Shown: positions 37,022-61,968, counted from the stretch's first letter. The stretch is 64,000 bases of DNA from Azolla caroliniana (GCA_043228905.1 JBHGNT010000018.1:15004001-15068000), one strand, 5' to 3'. Notes: a model not told the origin generated them from the sequence alone. Translations and numbers: made by a program.

Positions 37022-37042
37022 GGGGGGGGGGGGGGGGGGGGA
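36973..37042. repeat. (TA)n microsatellite followed by a ~21-nt poly-G run
   Basis: Direct reading. Confidence 0.9.
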
Positions 37043-39181
37043 TAAACCCATAGGCACCTCAGAAATAATGGAAACTAGAGGCATTTCCCAAAGGAAAGTT
37101 ACATTCAAGGGTCTCTAAACCCTTAAATTGAGATTCGAACCCACAGCCTCAAATGGCCCAAAACACAAGTTTTCAACATCAATTCCAAAAGTAGAACCAA
37201 AACTCTATCATGTCTCCTATAGATGTTTCCTCATGTCACTTTACACATGTTCCAAGGCATGAGTCTTCCACATCAATTCCAAAATTTTAAGCAAAAAATT
37301 ATCAAGTCTCCATAGACAATGCTACACATGGTTACTTCCTTGGGCCTACTCCTTTCCTTTTACCATTGACTATTGATTTCAAATGGTGACGAGGGAGTTA
37401 GTCTCACTCATTAATCTAGAAGACCCCTAGTCCCTTTACAAGAAAGGTGAACATGTTATATCATTACCAAATCTTGTATTTTGTTTTGACAATCCTCTCC
37501 CATCATTGTACGAATTGTAGTATGAAGAAAAGACCCATGTTACCTACTTACCAAGGTTTGGACAAGTGAAAGCTCAACTCACTCTATTTCAACTTAACAT
37601 TCTGGATTTGTATTGTCCATCTATAATTTAATCATATAGGAACCTTATCATAAATATATATATAACATGCTTTGCACCCCCTATTCCTAAGTCAAGTGTT
37701 AGCAATTTTCTTGATTACTAGTGTATTCTTGATACTTTCCCTAAATCTCTAATAACTTGGTGAAAAGTTACTCTATTTGAAAGTTAGTCATGCTAGGAAG
37801 TTTAATGAAGAACTTGATTTAAGCTTCAGGGTTTTAAAAAAGGCAGATACAAAAGGCTGTAAAAAAATCTCCAATTCATCATCTCCATTTATGGATATAG
37901 AAATTTCAGTTCATTGTGAGAATTTCAGGTATTCTACCTACTTCATCTGCACATTATGACTCATAAATGTATGTTTCAATTTTGTTTTCATTTTACAAGC
38001 AGAATAAAGTACTTACAATCAAATAATACGAACTTGCAATAAGAGTTTATCATAAATAATATCACCACCAAATTCACATATATGCATGAATGGGATCCAT
38101 CTGGTGGAAAAACTATTTCACAATAACTCCACAAGCTTCATGGTCACTTCTGTATAAAGTTACATCATGCAAGACCAAAGAGGTTCTTCCATACACTGCT
38201 TAAATAAAAAGTACACACGATTTGATAAAAATGAAAACTTGATGCTGATTTAAAACAAGCAAATATAATTCAATCATCAGGCCCTTTTCAAAGACTACAT
38301 ACAATTCATGACTGATTCGTACCATTGCTGACATAAAATAAATAATAAATGGAGATTTGTATAGGATTTTTAATTTGACAACAGACAAGTTTAGGAAAAC
38401 ATTGAGAACCACACTCACTATAAATTTGTGCAATACAATTGACCAATTCCATGTCCTCATACAGGATTCAATCGACATTCTTCAATTTATTGACTAACCT
38501 TTACATATCTAATTGCTTTACCAGATTTTTGTTTTTGCTATTAAAAGCATCGGACCAAAGCAGACATCAAGGCATCACTTATGACAAAGTAATGGTAATG
38601 ACATCAAAACGATGTACTAGGCAAACCTTATATAGTACAAGTTTACTTGAAAGACAAATGATAGATCATACTTCTAAACTCATGTAGACCATAATATATG
38701 AACCAAATGCAGAATTATTTTGTTGTTGAACCTACCAATGGACGGATGGTTTTTTCAAACCCTTGCATTTATGTAGACATCAAACTCAAATTCACTTAAA
38801 TTTCTAAACAGTTCAAATATATTACATCCACTAGCTCTAAACTAGCTATACATCATCGTCTATTGACTTTGATTGGATTCCTTTAAGATTTGTGTCATCG
38901 GACCTTTGTTCACTTGCATCAGCAGCTACATTCCTCGACAAAGCATGACTTGACCTTTAGGTAAACTTTGGTCTCTTACATTCATGTTCTAAATTAAGTA
39001 CACATCCCAAATTATAGGGTTTACTTGGATCTGAGCAATGATAACCAAGTAGAGATTTGTTTTAGCGCTTTTTGAATTCATTTATATGACTCTCTTTATG
39101 TAAGTGGAACATCAGAAGCTCACAAACCATTCTTCCAAAAAAATGTTCCGATTGGCTTTCAAAAAAATTATTTACTTGTAA

Positions 39182-42100
39182 CTACCTCTTCCTTCGTTTT
39201 GCTTCAGGCTGCGAAGACATACAAGAATACAGTCATTCTTAAACTGGTGGTGGCACACGAAACATATTGAAAATAAAACTTTAAGACAAACAGAGATTTG
39301 TTTCTCGCAGGCATTAAGTCTTTTGTCATGCATTGGTCATATAGTATTCTAATTACTATATAAGCACTTGAATTTTAGACCTGGTGTGTCCCTAATAGAT
39401 GTTTACTTTTGCCTTGCATGCTGCATTTTTTCGATATTCTACAGAATGCCATTTATATAAACAACCAGAGAGATGGGAATTTACAATGTAATGTTTGTAG
39501 AAAGAAAAATATACAATAAAATTTACATTAGGGTCAGAAAAACCACCAACCTTAGCTTCAGGCGATGCATTTCGACCATTACTAGTGATTCGTTTGTTTT
39601 CTTCTTCTTCAGTTGCACAATCAGAACAAATGAAATTCTCCAATTTCTTTACTTGCTCCGGGGTAAGGTTAACACACGTGGGATGGAACCTGCATTCCCA
39701 TAATCTCAATAAGTTCACTGGGGGTAACACTACTACCATTACATCCTGGAACGAAAAGTAAACCAAAGTCATAATAACAGCATTACATGAGTATTTTTCT
39801 TCTAAATTCAGAAAGGTTAGGACACAAGCTAATGCAAAAGAGTCAAATAAAAGATTAGTAAACTTTCAATAAATATCAGAACAAAGGTACTACTGATGAG
39901 CTTTCAAATAAGAAATAAAAGAGATTTGAAAGTAGTAAAAATTGTAGTTATGTTGAAACTTTAGTAAAGCCCTACTTTACAAAAGCTCTTCCAATGCCTG
40001 AGATAATTGCTTTCTAGGTATCTATGTCCCAGTTTTTGTTAAAGAAATCAGGGCTATACATTAAGGAACTCGGAACAGGAAATACGAGCTATGCTCTAAT
40101 ATAAAAGGATAAACCACCAAAGCACATACATTTTTCAGCACTAAAATCTAGAATTTCTCGTATGTTAGCAGAGTTCAGTATGCTTCGGCAAAGTCATAAG
40201 CAGTATTCCAAGTATACTAAAGTCACAATAAACATTCAGAAATACCAAGAATGAATACATATGATTGCGAAACAATAATAAGTTCTAGTATATCCGTAAA
40301 ATATCTAATGGATTATGAACCGAACGAGCAGTGAATGTTTACAATGAAGCTACAGGTTAAAGTCTAGACATCACTCCTCACCAAAGGATCTCCAAACGTA
40401 CATCAACTGGCTCGCTGAAAAATATGATTGGATTCAATATGCAAAACTGTTCTCACATAGGCAAACATACTCTAAGGTGAAAAATAGATCAAGTGTTTGA
40501 GGAAATCAAGCATAGCATAATGAAAAAAATTCTAGCACAAGCACAAATAAATTTCCATCTGTCCTTTAACATCTGTTAGCCACAAGCTCATGCAACAACT
40601 TCTTCAAATTGACATAACTGGGAAAAAGTCCAGAATATCACTTGTTTAAGCACAAACTTTAAGGATCTGTTTAGTTTTGGTCCTACAACCATGTTATGCT
40701 ATTGGCTTTCAAGAGACTGTTTGGAATCTCTTTTTTCTTTTTTCCTTTGCCTTGTAAGATAGTTCATGAGTTCAACAATCGCAGCACTCCCTAGGGTCAC
40801 AAATGACCCACCATTACAAGGCAAAGGATGTTAGAGTATTTGAGTGTTTTCTAATATGTTGCCACTATTAATCCTGACTGGAGCCTTACCAGTCAGCCTT
40901 ACCAGTCCTTGCATCCCTCACATTGCACCATCAAATCATCTGGATTATATGGCATCTCACATTTGCAATACCTACACATCCATGTAAAGATATCAAAAAC
41001 CATCCATATTTACTATCATCACTTTGATAGAACAGGAAATGTCTAGATTCAGTAAACCTAAATGAAAAAACAGGAAATGTCTAGATTCAAAAAGAAACAA
41101 AGAATCCCATTAAGTCATGAATCTGTCAAGAAGTTTCATGTCTATGAGCATTTTAGTATGAAACATATTAATCATACATCCTCATAAATGGTAGATCGGA
41201 TAATTCCCCTGCTATTATTAGGTAGTTATTCAACAATATCAGAAAAAATCTCTGATACTCTAGAATTAAATTGTCAAGTACAGTACTTGATAGATTATTA
41301 ATGTTATGCTGCAGTTCTAATGACTCCCATGTCATTAGCCTACCTGTTGATTTTATTACGCACTCAAAATATACTCTGATGCATTGAGATCAAGTGCATA
41401 AAAGGCATTGGGTATATATGTAGTATATATCTTTAAAGTTTGGATCCATTTATTTATGAAAAATATAAGATCATAATGAGCACTCCAACTAGATTTATTA
41501 CGTACTTATAAGATCAATGTTGTAGGTTTTAACTTACGACATTGATCGGGTATTTCTACTTCTACTTCAACAGCCAATAAACATGAGGCCTTTGCACTCG
41601 AATCAACAAATATAGACAGATATTTCTACTTTTACGAGCTAGCATAATTTTTTAAATAAGTTACATCTACAATAGGTCCTTATACGTCTTTCTTAACTTG
41701 CATTGATAGTTGGGTCCTTAATATTTTTATTTAAACTGTCGATAAGAGGATTTTAACAAAAAAGGGAAAATTCACTTACACAGCTACTCTGTCTGGAGTA
41801 AATGCTCCCGTAGATGCCTTATACTCAAATCGACAGAAATAATCCTCAGGTTCTACATTCTCGAGTTTCGTATAATTCTTGAATGAATGCACAGTACATT
41901 TGCCTTCGATGGTATCAGCACTTTGAATGTCAATATGATCCGAAAGGAAAACCTCTTTCGCACCATGGAACTGTCTGCGGCCACCAATAGACTCTTCTGG
42001 TCGATAGTACCAGCGAACCTCCACTTTTACGTTACTTCTTCCATCAGCCCACATCTTTTCTACCCTTGCTACATATGGAGGCTTATTGGGCTCCTGATTA

Positions 42101-42860
42101 CGCATCAATACAGCATCTCCGACTGCCAAATTTATGTTAAAAAATGGAGCAAAATATTGAGAACTTCTCAAAAGGGGAGAGCATTTAGGGACTTGGCCTA
42201 ATCTATGTCAAAAGTACATTTTGAGTGCCTTAATGAACCATCTTCTTGAAAGAAATGTTTTCTTCTCAATAAGACCGCAAAAGGGTTTTGAGAAAAATAT
42301 GTCAAAATGCAGGAAATTGAGGGATCTTCTAAGAATGCTGAAGTATAACAAAAAAATACAGGAACCTTTGTGGGTTTCTGTGAGTACAAAATTAAGATTT
42401 GGAGAGCACGTCAAAAGCCCAAGGTATTGTGAAAATTGCTCCAAATTTGAGGGGCTGTCACTTGAAATAAATTTAGGGTTTTGGGAAGAACATTATGCGA
42501 AAACATGCAGCAATATTTGAAGGCTTCATTTTCACCAAAGTTATGTCAGAATGTTTCAAATCTGAGGACCTAGCCGTCTAACAAAATTAGGGTTTTCACC
42601 AAGACCAAAATTACGTGGAAATGCCTCAAATTTAAGGGCCTGTCAGTGTAGCAAACTAAGGTTTTTGGCTTAGATGCATCGTCTCTAAGGACCTTTCTCA
42701 GAGTAGAAAAACCAAAGCTAGGGTTTTAGGTTCCAATTCGAGACAGGCAAAGAAGCACAGTTAGATTTTTCCACAAACGAGACTTGCCTTTGAAAGACTT
42801 GCCGGTTCCTTTGATGACATAGCTGTCGATATTCTTCTTGGGTAGCTTGGTCTTCGCCAT
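39182..42860 (-). CDS. EBS: EBS/SHL-family BAH-PHD chromatin reader, 216 aa, 5 exons
   Basis: Exons 42860-42788, 42122-41780, 40971-40903, 39689-39551 and 39208-39182 splice in frame (651 nt): [82 protein letters not shown] versus SHL orthology is not resolved. Confidence 0.92.
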
Positions 42861-43104
42861 AGCCAAGCGATGGGCAATGAAGGAGAAATAGAGACAAGAG
42901 AGAGAGGAGGATTTGACAGAGAGAGAGAGAGAGAGAGAGAAGGATTTGTGGAATATTTTGACGAACGGAGGATACGGGGGAGGATACGCAGGCGATCAGA
43001 CAGTGGAGGAGGAGGAGGAGGAAAAGGAAGGGTTTTTTCTCTGATAGAAGAAGAAAAGGTCTAAAAAAGCAAACCTTCAAAAAAAGCTTCCAAAGATGGA
43101 GGCT

Positions 43105-43156
43105 ATGCTAATTCTAATGCTAATTCTAATGCTAATGCTAATGCTAATTCTAATGC
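43105..43156. repeat. ATGCTA/ATTCTA hexamer array upstream of the EBS-like gene
   Basis: atgctaattctaatgctaattctaatgctaatgctaatgctaattctaatgc. Confidence 0.85.
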
Positions 43157-43513
43157 ATTGCCTTTAGGAGGGGATTTGGCTCCAACAGTTAGTAGTTACA
43201 ATTCTTTTATGTTCAATGTCCTTCCATTATTTCCTTCACCAAAAGTCTTCCACCTCGGAGACCTAATGAGATTTTATGAGCACGACTTTCTTTGGTCAAG
43301 ATTCCCTCCTCGTCAAGATCTGCATTGGGTCAATTGTAATATCTTGCTAGGGTCAGTCAAGATGGCTAACCTAACTCTCTCTTGGAAGCCAAAAGCTGAA
43401 AGCTAATGTTTTTCCTCCCAATTGTAGGTCCCTTTTTGTCCCCTTCCATTACCTGCAATGTTGTTTTGATCAAACTTGTTTCGACTTGGACACTTGATGG
43501 GGAGCCAGTCGTA

Positions 43514-43621
43514 CATGGTCAAGGTTTGTTTTTCCTCTAAATTCTGCTTAGATGCTCACTAGTGTGCATGGTCAAGGTTTGTTTTTCCTCTAAATTCTGC
43601 TCAGATGCTCACTAGTGTGCA
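43514..43621 (+). repeat. 53-bp tandem duplication
   Basis: CATGGTCAAGGTTTGTTTTTCCTCTAAATTCTGCT.AGATGCTCACTAGTGTG twice. Confidence 0.9.
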
Positions 43622-45329
43622 GTGGTTTGTAAAGAGATACAAATTCTATTTTAGAAGTCTCCTCAAAAGCAAAGGCTTAATTTAAAAATCTCCAATATTT
43701 TGTGTGATCAAAAGTGAAGATCAATACAACCATCTTGTCGCGGCACAACTTAGCTCGATTGGGACTCACCCTTTCTCCACCATGTCATTGGGTGAAATTT
43801 GTTGACGTTGATGTCATTGTCCCCGTATATAAATGTTACCAAGGTCAGTCACATGTCACCATCTCATTGTTTATTTCAAAGGAAGTTAGTTGCAACCCAC
43901 TACTTATGATTCTAATGTTTCTCAAATATTATGTCATGGTTCTCATTTGCTCCGATTTCATCTAGCATAGAACGAAGGGTAGTTCAAGCTATACATACTT
44001 TTTAACGAAAAGATCATTGATCTCAACAAGAGGATATGTATCATTGTGCAAACTCATACTTTGGAACCAAATATTTTATATTATTGCCATATCTCTTTGT
44101 AACTAGATGGACTTTTTGTACAACCAAGAGTACATTTTTGTGCATAAATCCTGTGGATCCATGATCAACTAAGGAAGAGCACTCCATTAGATACTAGTTC
44201 GATGAGTTTTGAGGTAGAGTTATGTGCACTATACTTGCCACTACATAGCATACCAAGACATTTGAGCGTAATTATATTGTCTTGGTTTGGCAAAACACAT
44301 TCTCTTAGGTCATTAAATTGTCAGCTCAACATCAGTTTACTTGGTTAAGCTTTTATGAGTAGTCATATGATAGAACTTTATATTTACAACATAACAAATG
44401 GGGTAAGTTCATATATCATGGAAAACATAGCACTAAATTGCACCCCATCCAAATCATCAACAAATCAGTGCTTGCCAAGCTTCAATGACTAATAAAAGCG
44501 CTAGTATGATCTGAACGAGGCTTATTATTGAACTAGAACTCCATACACCTCACATTCATTCGATGTTTTATCCTTCCCTTACCAAATCTAGGATTGATTT
44601 ATGTTTTTAGCACTAAGCTTGAGAAAGTGCTTAGTTTTCCTCTTAAATCGTGTTTTCTTGTTAACAATGTACAACAATGTTTGGACACTACCAGGTTTCA
44701 ACAGAAATTTGGAGTTCTCATTTACTCTTGGGATAGTTCCTACGTGAGCAGCCATTCGCTTATCTCAATGGCCTTCAAAAGCAGAAATTTCCTTGAATAC
44801 AATGTTCACCAATACCTATGAGCCATTTCAATTTCAATCAGCTTATAGAAGCAAGTGTTTTTTACAACCAATACTATGGTTTCAACACTTTGTTTACAGG
44901 ACCAGTCACAAGATATCTTTGCCAAAAATTTTGGCTTCACGGAGCCTTAATAAGGGCGTTACATTTGATACTCCACAAAAACAATAGAATTGTAGATGGT
45001 TATGATCTCGATCTCTCAATGAGCAACTTCTGTATTTCATAAGGACAGTTCCCCAGCAGTAGAAGTTGATCAAACATTGCCCACAGTTTAATAATCACTT
45101 TTAACACTGGCGTGGCAGTTCGCACCCTTGCACTAAAGAAATAAAGCTCAACTCAGGCCCTGCCCTCGATTGTGAATTGCCTGCCAATAGGTTAATTGAT
45201 TCCTCATTGAGAGAAAAATAAAAACAATCATTGTCTGCCTATGGGGGACTTAACCAACTACTAAGAGAAATTAAATACAATGCTCTGTATAAAAATGATC
45301 ATTTTCCCTCGAGTTAATGGACTTCATAT

Positions 45330-47294
45330 TCAATTTCCAATGCCATATTTCAGCCTCATGGCTTCAACCTTCTCTTTATCGTCATGCATGTCAGCAGCGG
45401 CAAAGATATTAGCCATAAGGACATAGGCAGCACTGCAATTATATTCCAGCTGCAATGCTTGATCAAAAGCAACTCTAGCAAGCTCCACATTTCCCCATTT
45501 CCTACAACCACCCAAGAGTGCAATCCAGACAGCTGCAAACTGCACACATGGCATTGCATTAATCACTGATATTGCCTTATCAAAGTGCCCTGAACATCCA
45601 AAAGCTACCACCATACATGTATGATGCTCTAAGCCTGGAACAATACCGTAGCCCATGCTCATATACCCAAAAAGTGTTTCTGCCGCATCAGATCGTGCCA
45701 TGTGATTACAAGCACTCAGGATGCTCAGGAATGTGATCTTATCCGGACATATTGCCTCATTTTGCATCCATTGGAAACAATTCAATGCTACTTCACCTTG
45801 TTTTTTTTGGGCATAACCCGATATCATTGCATTCCAAGCCACAACATCTCGAACCGGAAGCTCCTCAAGCACTTGTTGTGCTTTTCCAAGCGCACCACAT
45901 TTTGCATACATATCCACCAACGATGTGCCAAGTGTTATATCCTTCAAGAGAAATCCTCTATTAACAATCTCATCGTGAATTTCTTTTCCTTTGGCTATGG
46001 CTCCAGTGCTTCCACATGCCCTCAAAATGCAAATGAATGTGACAGCATTTGGAGAGAAACCCTCAATTTGCATTTGTCTAAAACAGCTCAGAGCTTCGTG
46101 GCATCGACCTTGTTGTGCATACCCATCAATTAGGGATGACCATGATACTACATCTCGGATAGTAAGTTCTTTAAGCACTGCCTCAGCTTTAGCAAGCATA
46201 CCACATTTCACATACATATCGATCAGGGAATTTCCAAGAACAATGTTTTTCCTTAACAAGCCCCTATTTGCTATTTCCTCATGAATTTTTTCACCCCTTT
46301 CTATATCTCCCATTGTGCTGCAAGCTCTTAAGATGCAAATAAAGGTGACTGCATCCGGCAGAAGTCCTTCACTTTGCATCCTTGTGAAACAGTTTAATGC
46401 TTCGTGGCCATGCCCTTGTTGTGCATACCCTACAATTAGTGCCGACCATGAGACAACATTTCGGGCAGGAAGCTCTTCGAGCACTAGTTGTGCTTTAGTA
46501 AGCAATCCACATTTAGCATACATATCAACCAAAGCAGTGCCAAGCACGATATTCTTTTCTAACAACATGCCCTTGCTCAAAATTTCATCATGAATTTGTT
46601 TTCCCTTGTTTACATCTCTAATGATGCCACAAGCTTTCAAGACACAAATATAGGAGATTGCATTAGGAGAGATGCCCTCCCTTTTCATTCTCTCGAAACA
46701 GTCTAGTGCTTTCAGACCTTGTCCTTGTTGCACATAACCACCCATTACCGCAGACCAGGAGACTACATTTCGATCAGGAAGCTCTTCTAGCACTTCTTCA
46801 GCTTGAGAAAGTGCACCATATTTAGCATACATATCCACCAAAGCATTCCCAAGTACCATATCCTTCTCTAAAAGACCTCTAATTACAACCATTTCATGAA
46901 TTTTTTTGCCTTTACCTATATCACCTATGTTGCTACCACATCCTTTCAAGGAGCAAATAAAGGTGACAGGATTCAGATATAGGCCTTCATTTTGCATTTG
47001 TTCAAAACAGTGTATTGTTTCATGCCATAGCCCTTGTTGGGCGTATCCAGCAATCAATGCATTCCAAGAAACTACACTTTGAATCGGAATCTCTTCTAAA
47101 ACTAGCCTTGCTTTATTGAAAGCGCCACATTTGGAATACATATTAATTAAGGCATTGGCTAGATAAGGACTCTTGTGAATCAAGCCACATTCAGCAATAT
47201 CAACATGTAGTTTTTCACCAATATGAAGGTCTTTGTTCTTAGCACAAGCCTTTAGTAATGCCACCAAATGGAAGCATTTTTCATGCTTTTTCAT
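45330..47294 (-). CDS. PLS-class pentatricopeptide repeat protein with C-terminal E domain and no DYW, 654 aa
   Basis: About five P-L-S triplets, GLEHHTCMV, E motif WIALLGGCRKWGN...AAYVLMANIF; paralog of 34458-36731. Confidence 0.93.
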   Translation of the reverse strand: MKKHEKCFHLVALLKACAKNKDLHIGEKLHVDIAECGLIHKSPYLANALINMYSKCGAFNKARLVLEEIPIQSVVSWNALIAGYAQQGLWHETIHCFEQMQNEGLYLNPVTFICSLKGCGSNIGDIGKGKKIHEMVVIRGLLEKDMVLGNALVDMYAKYGALSQAEEVLEELPDRNVVSWSAVMGGYVQQGQGLKALDCFERMKREGISPNAISYICVLKACGIIRDVNKGKQIHDEILSKGMLLEKNIVLGTALVDMYAKCGLLTKAQLVLEELPARNVVSWSALIVGYAQQGHGHEALNCFTRMQSEGLLPDAVTFICILRACSTMGDIERGEKIHEEIANRGLLRKNIVLGNSLIDMYVKCGMLAKAEAVLKELTIRDVVSWSSLIDGYAQQGRCHEALSCFRQMQIEGFSPNAVTFICILRACGSTGAIAKGKEIHDEIVNRGFLLKDITLGTSLVDMYAKCGALGKAQQVLEELPVRDVVAWNAMISGYAQKKQGEVALNCFQWMQNEAICPDKITFLSILSACNHMARSDAAETLFGYMSMGYGIVPGLEHHTCMVVAFGCSGHFDKAISVINAMPCVQFAAVWIALLGGCRKWGNVELARVAFDQALQLEYNCSAAYVLMANIFAAADMHDDKEKVEAMRLKYGIGN

Positions 47295-48399
47295 GTTTTT
47301 TCCTTTAGCTTTCCAACAGGATACATATTTTCTTGGGCTCTTTCTTGGAAAGTAGCATTAATCTTCTTCATCATGCTGATAAGGCAACAAGGTCATACAA
47401 CACCTTGATTCTTTCTAGTTAACAAGGCCTTTTTCCACAAGATACATATTCTCTTATAGTTTTTAATGCCTTCTCTTCTCAGCTTGTTAACAGAATACTT
47501 AAATTCCTCTTAACCAAACAATCACAGACACGTCAGCCAACAATCATATCGTGGAAGTGCCTAGTTACCATTGCAAACCGAAAGATATTATTACTCTTTG
47601 CAATTGACCAATTTCTTTAAAAGAACTAAAAGAAACCAGCGCAATTGAGTTTTCTTTAGGGATTCAAATACCAGATCACCTAACACTCGCTTTCTTTGAG
47701 AACAACAGACTGAAGGATCACTAACCAAACCGCCACTCGAGAATATATTGACTTCAATATGAACAAATTGGCAGTCTTCGAATACTATTCTCCCAAAGCT
47801 CAAACCTATGGGAGTTACTAATACAATGGAGTAACTTTTTACATAAATCAGATAGCTTGTATTTTCTTTCAGCTTTACTACACGATACATATCTTCTTAT
47901 GCTTCTACCATTGGTTTTCAACCGGACACATACTCTGTTATGCTTTTTCAAGCCTTTTCCATTATCTTTCCAAGGGGAAACACACTCTCTTCAATGTTCT
48001 GAAGAACCCTGCAGAGATTATGGCATCATTCACCGTCAGCCCACAAAGCCAACAAGATGATGGTATGTTGGAAAAGCTCAGACCATGAAGTATAGAGATT
48101 TGTTGAAAAACAGGGGATATGAGCCACAGGATAATCAGCAACAGGAAAGCACCCATTGAATATGGCTTCCATAACTTTAAATCATTGCATCCTTTGTGTT
48201 TCATTCCATTCTTGATCGTCTGTCTCCCCATATTGGATCTTGTGTTGGAGCTCGTCTCAATGGAAATACCTTAGGCTACCATTCCATAAACATCTAATTT
48301 GGTGTGTGCACTGTGCATATAGAAGTCAACTAATTAAACACTCTATCCTACCTTCTTAATGCATAGTTGAAGGTCATCTTTGTCATGTCGTAAGTCGTA

Positions 48400-49000
48400 T
48401 ATACCAAAGTTTTAGGTACTTGGTGCACATAAATGTGGTCAAGGCACAGTTCACTATCCTTTGGAGTATGTATACATATGTAGGGCATATATGAATGGTT
48501 TACGTGTCTTTATCATTATGCGCCTTAACTAGCATTCTTGTTGAATTCCAAGTTTGCTTAGCCATAGTTGTTCATCACTTTGTGTCCATGAAAGAATGTA
48601 TGCTTTGCTCCAGTGGTGTAGTGATAGAGAATGAACAATGGCATATACATTGGGTCGGAAATGAACAATGCTCATATTGCTTTCTATTGAGGATGTTACA
48701 TATGATAAAATGGACTTCATCTTTATTTCTTCTATATGCCACAAGAATACAATCCTAAATCAAATACGGACCATTGATGTCACAAAATAGAATATCCAAT
48801 GATATACATATACATATTCAATACTCTCCTAAATCTACTTGTGATCATCAACAATATGTGAGAGAGTCTACTATAACACAAAAACATGACTTCATTGAAT
48901 CACTTTGAAACCTCTTGAAGTTTATGGATGCTTATGGTGTCACACAAAACATGATTCTGGGGCATTACTAACCATGATATTAAGTTTCATATTAAAAAAC
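48400..49000 (-). mobile_element. Possible very decayed LINE endonuclease remnant
   Basis: Minus-strand IISW-, LQE- and NVYA-like motifs in the expected order; no open frame. Confidence 0.3.
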
Positions 49001-49153
49001 CAAGTTGAAAATGTAATGCATAAATTGAAGTATCATTTGATGCCAAACCCTGCCCCCCAAATGTCAAATGTACATAATTCAAAAATAAAAGCTTGTGATG
49101 ACTTACTAGAATCATTCTTAAGTAGGGACACACAAAGGAGCCATTTTGAAAAG

Positions 49154-49397
49154 CACATCTCTCACTTAAGTTTATTCAAGTGATTACCTATTCACTACTT
49201 ATCATTCATACATCTAGTTTATTCAAGTCATTACCTATACAATGCTTATCATTCATGCATCTGGTTTATTCAGAGTAGTATTCCATATAACAGAGGCTTA
49301 TCATTCATGCATCTGCTTTAGTTATATGGAATACTACCACATCTCTCACTTGAGTTTATTCAAGTGATTACCTATTCACTGCTATCATTCGTGCATC
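49154..49397. repeat. Short (~46-bp) tandem repeat cluster with an embedded perfect 17-bp inverted repeat
   Basis: Repeated GTTTATTCAAGT.ATTACCTAT..CTTATCATTCATGCATCT; GTAGTATTCCATATAAC (49275-49291) pairs with GTTATATGGAATACTAC (49321-49337). Confidence 0.82.
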
Positions 49398-50416
49398 GGG
49401 TTTTTCTAGGGTTGTGATTGACTTGTGATGTTCATTGCCCCTCATTCCTTATGTAAACTACAGTTCCAAGTGATCATCATCACACTTTACTAGTGTAATT
49501 GAGTTGTTCTCGACACCCCTAATAAGTAACAGTTGATCAATATACGACACAAATGCCGACCCTGAGGCTGCATACATTGGTAGTTGATCCATGTCCAGAT
49601 CAATCTAATAAATTCCTACATATGACAATGGTTGGGAGGGAATCATTCATTTTTGTTGGAAGCACACATCACAATCCAGTTTTTAGCAGAGTCCATACAG
49701 ATTAATTAGTTTTAACAAGGAGATGAATTTGAGAACAGCCTATAAATGCCAGCAAATTATTATTTGCCTCAACAACAACAATTTTGGGTTCGAACCTTAA
49801 TGCATATATCTTAAAATTTGGTGAGAATTCTCTTCAATGAAAAGTTTATCCGTCAATCAAAAACAGTGAACAGCTGAAACACGTTTTCACAATCACTCAA
49901 CTGTGATTAAATTACAGCTACATGCTGCTTGATTAATAAAGAGAAAAAGAAACACGAGTCAATAGAATTCTTTGTGAACACATTCATAATGAGGAAAAAC
50001 TGTTCGCTTTATCATGGGAAAAAAGTTGCTTCCGAAATTATACGGTTCATAGATATCATTTGAAAAAAACCGATGATAAAAACACCCGCATCTCACAATT
50101 ACCTACTTTTCTGGGGGGGTTTGGTGGGGCATTTTAAGTACAAAAAACTATTCCAAAATTGGATTTGTCCAACCTGAAGCGAAGCGACAAATATCAACAG
50201 ATTTCAGTTTGAACCAAGTCAGAATTTCAAAAGAAGTCATCACACTTAACCTTACACATTCCAAAGCTGTGCTTAAAATACAAAAAAAAAAAGAACAAAA
50301 GATTATAAGAAATAATGCTTACAAAAGCTCAGACTCTGGCAATATATATAGTGTGATGCTCCTCAGAGCAAAACCACAATCACATGTTATAGAAACATAC
50401 GGAATAACCTCTGGTG

Positions 50417-61968
<11,552 letters not shown>

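Noticed and set aside
37019-37042. Poly-G run as a functional G-quadruplex upstream of the PPR gene
   Set aside because: A homopolymer next to (TA)n is prone to slippage and sequencing error, and there is no evidence of function.
43158-43406. ORF with KVFHLGDL..Y...W....GSVK resembling a Gypsy integrase C-terminus
   Set aside because: Too short and degenerate to call with confidence.
34712-46593. Plus-strand ORFs antisense to the PPR genes with repeated PHLAYISTKA motifs
   Set aside because: Reverse-complement echo of the PPR repeat codons.
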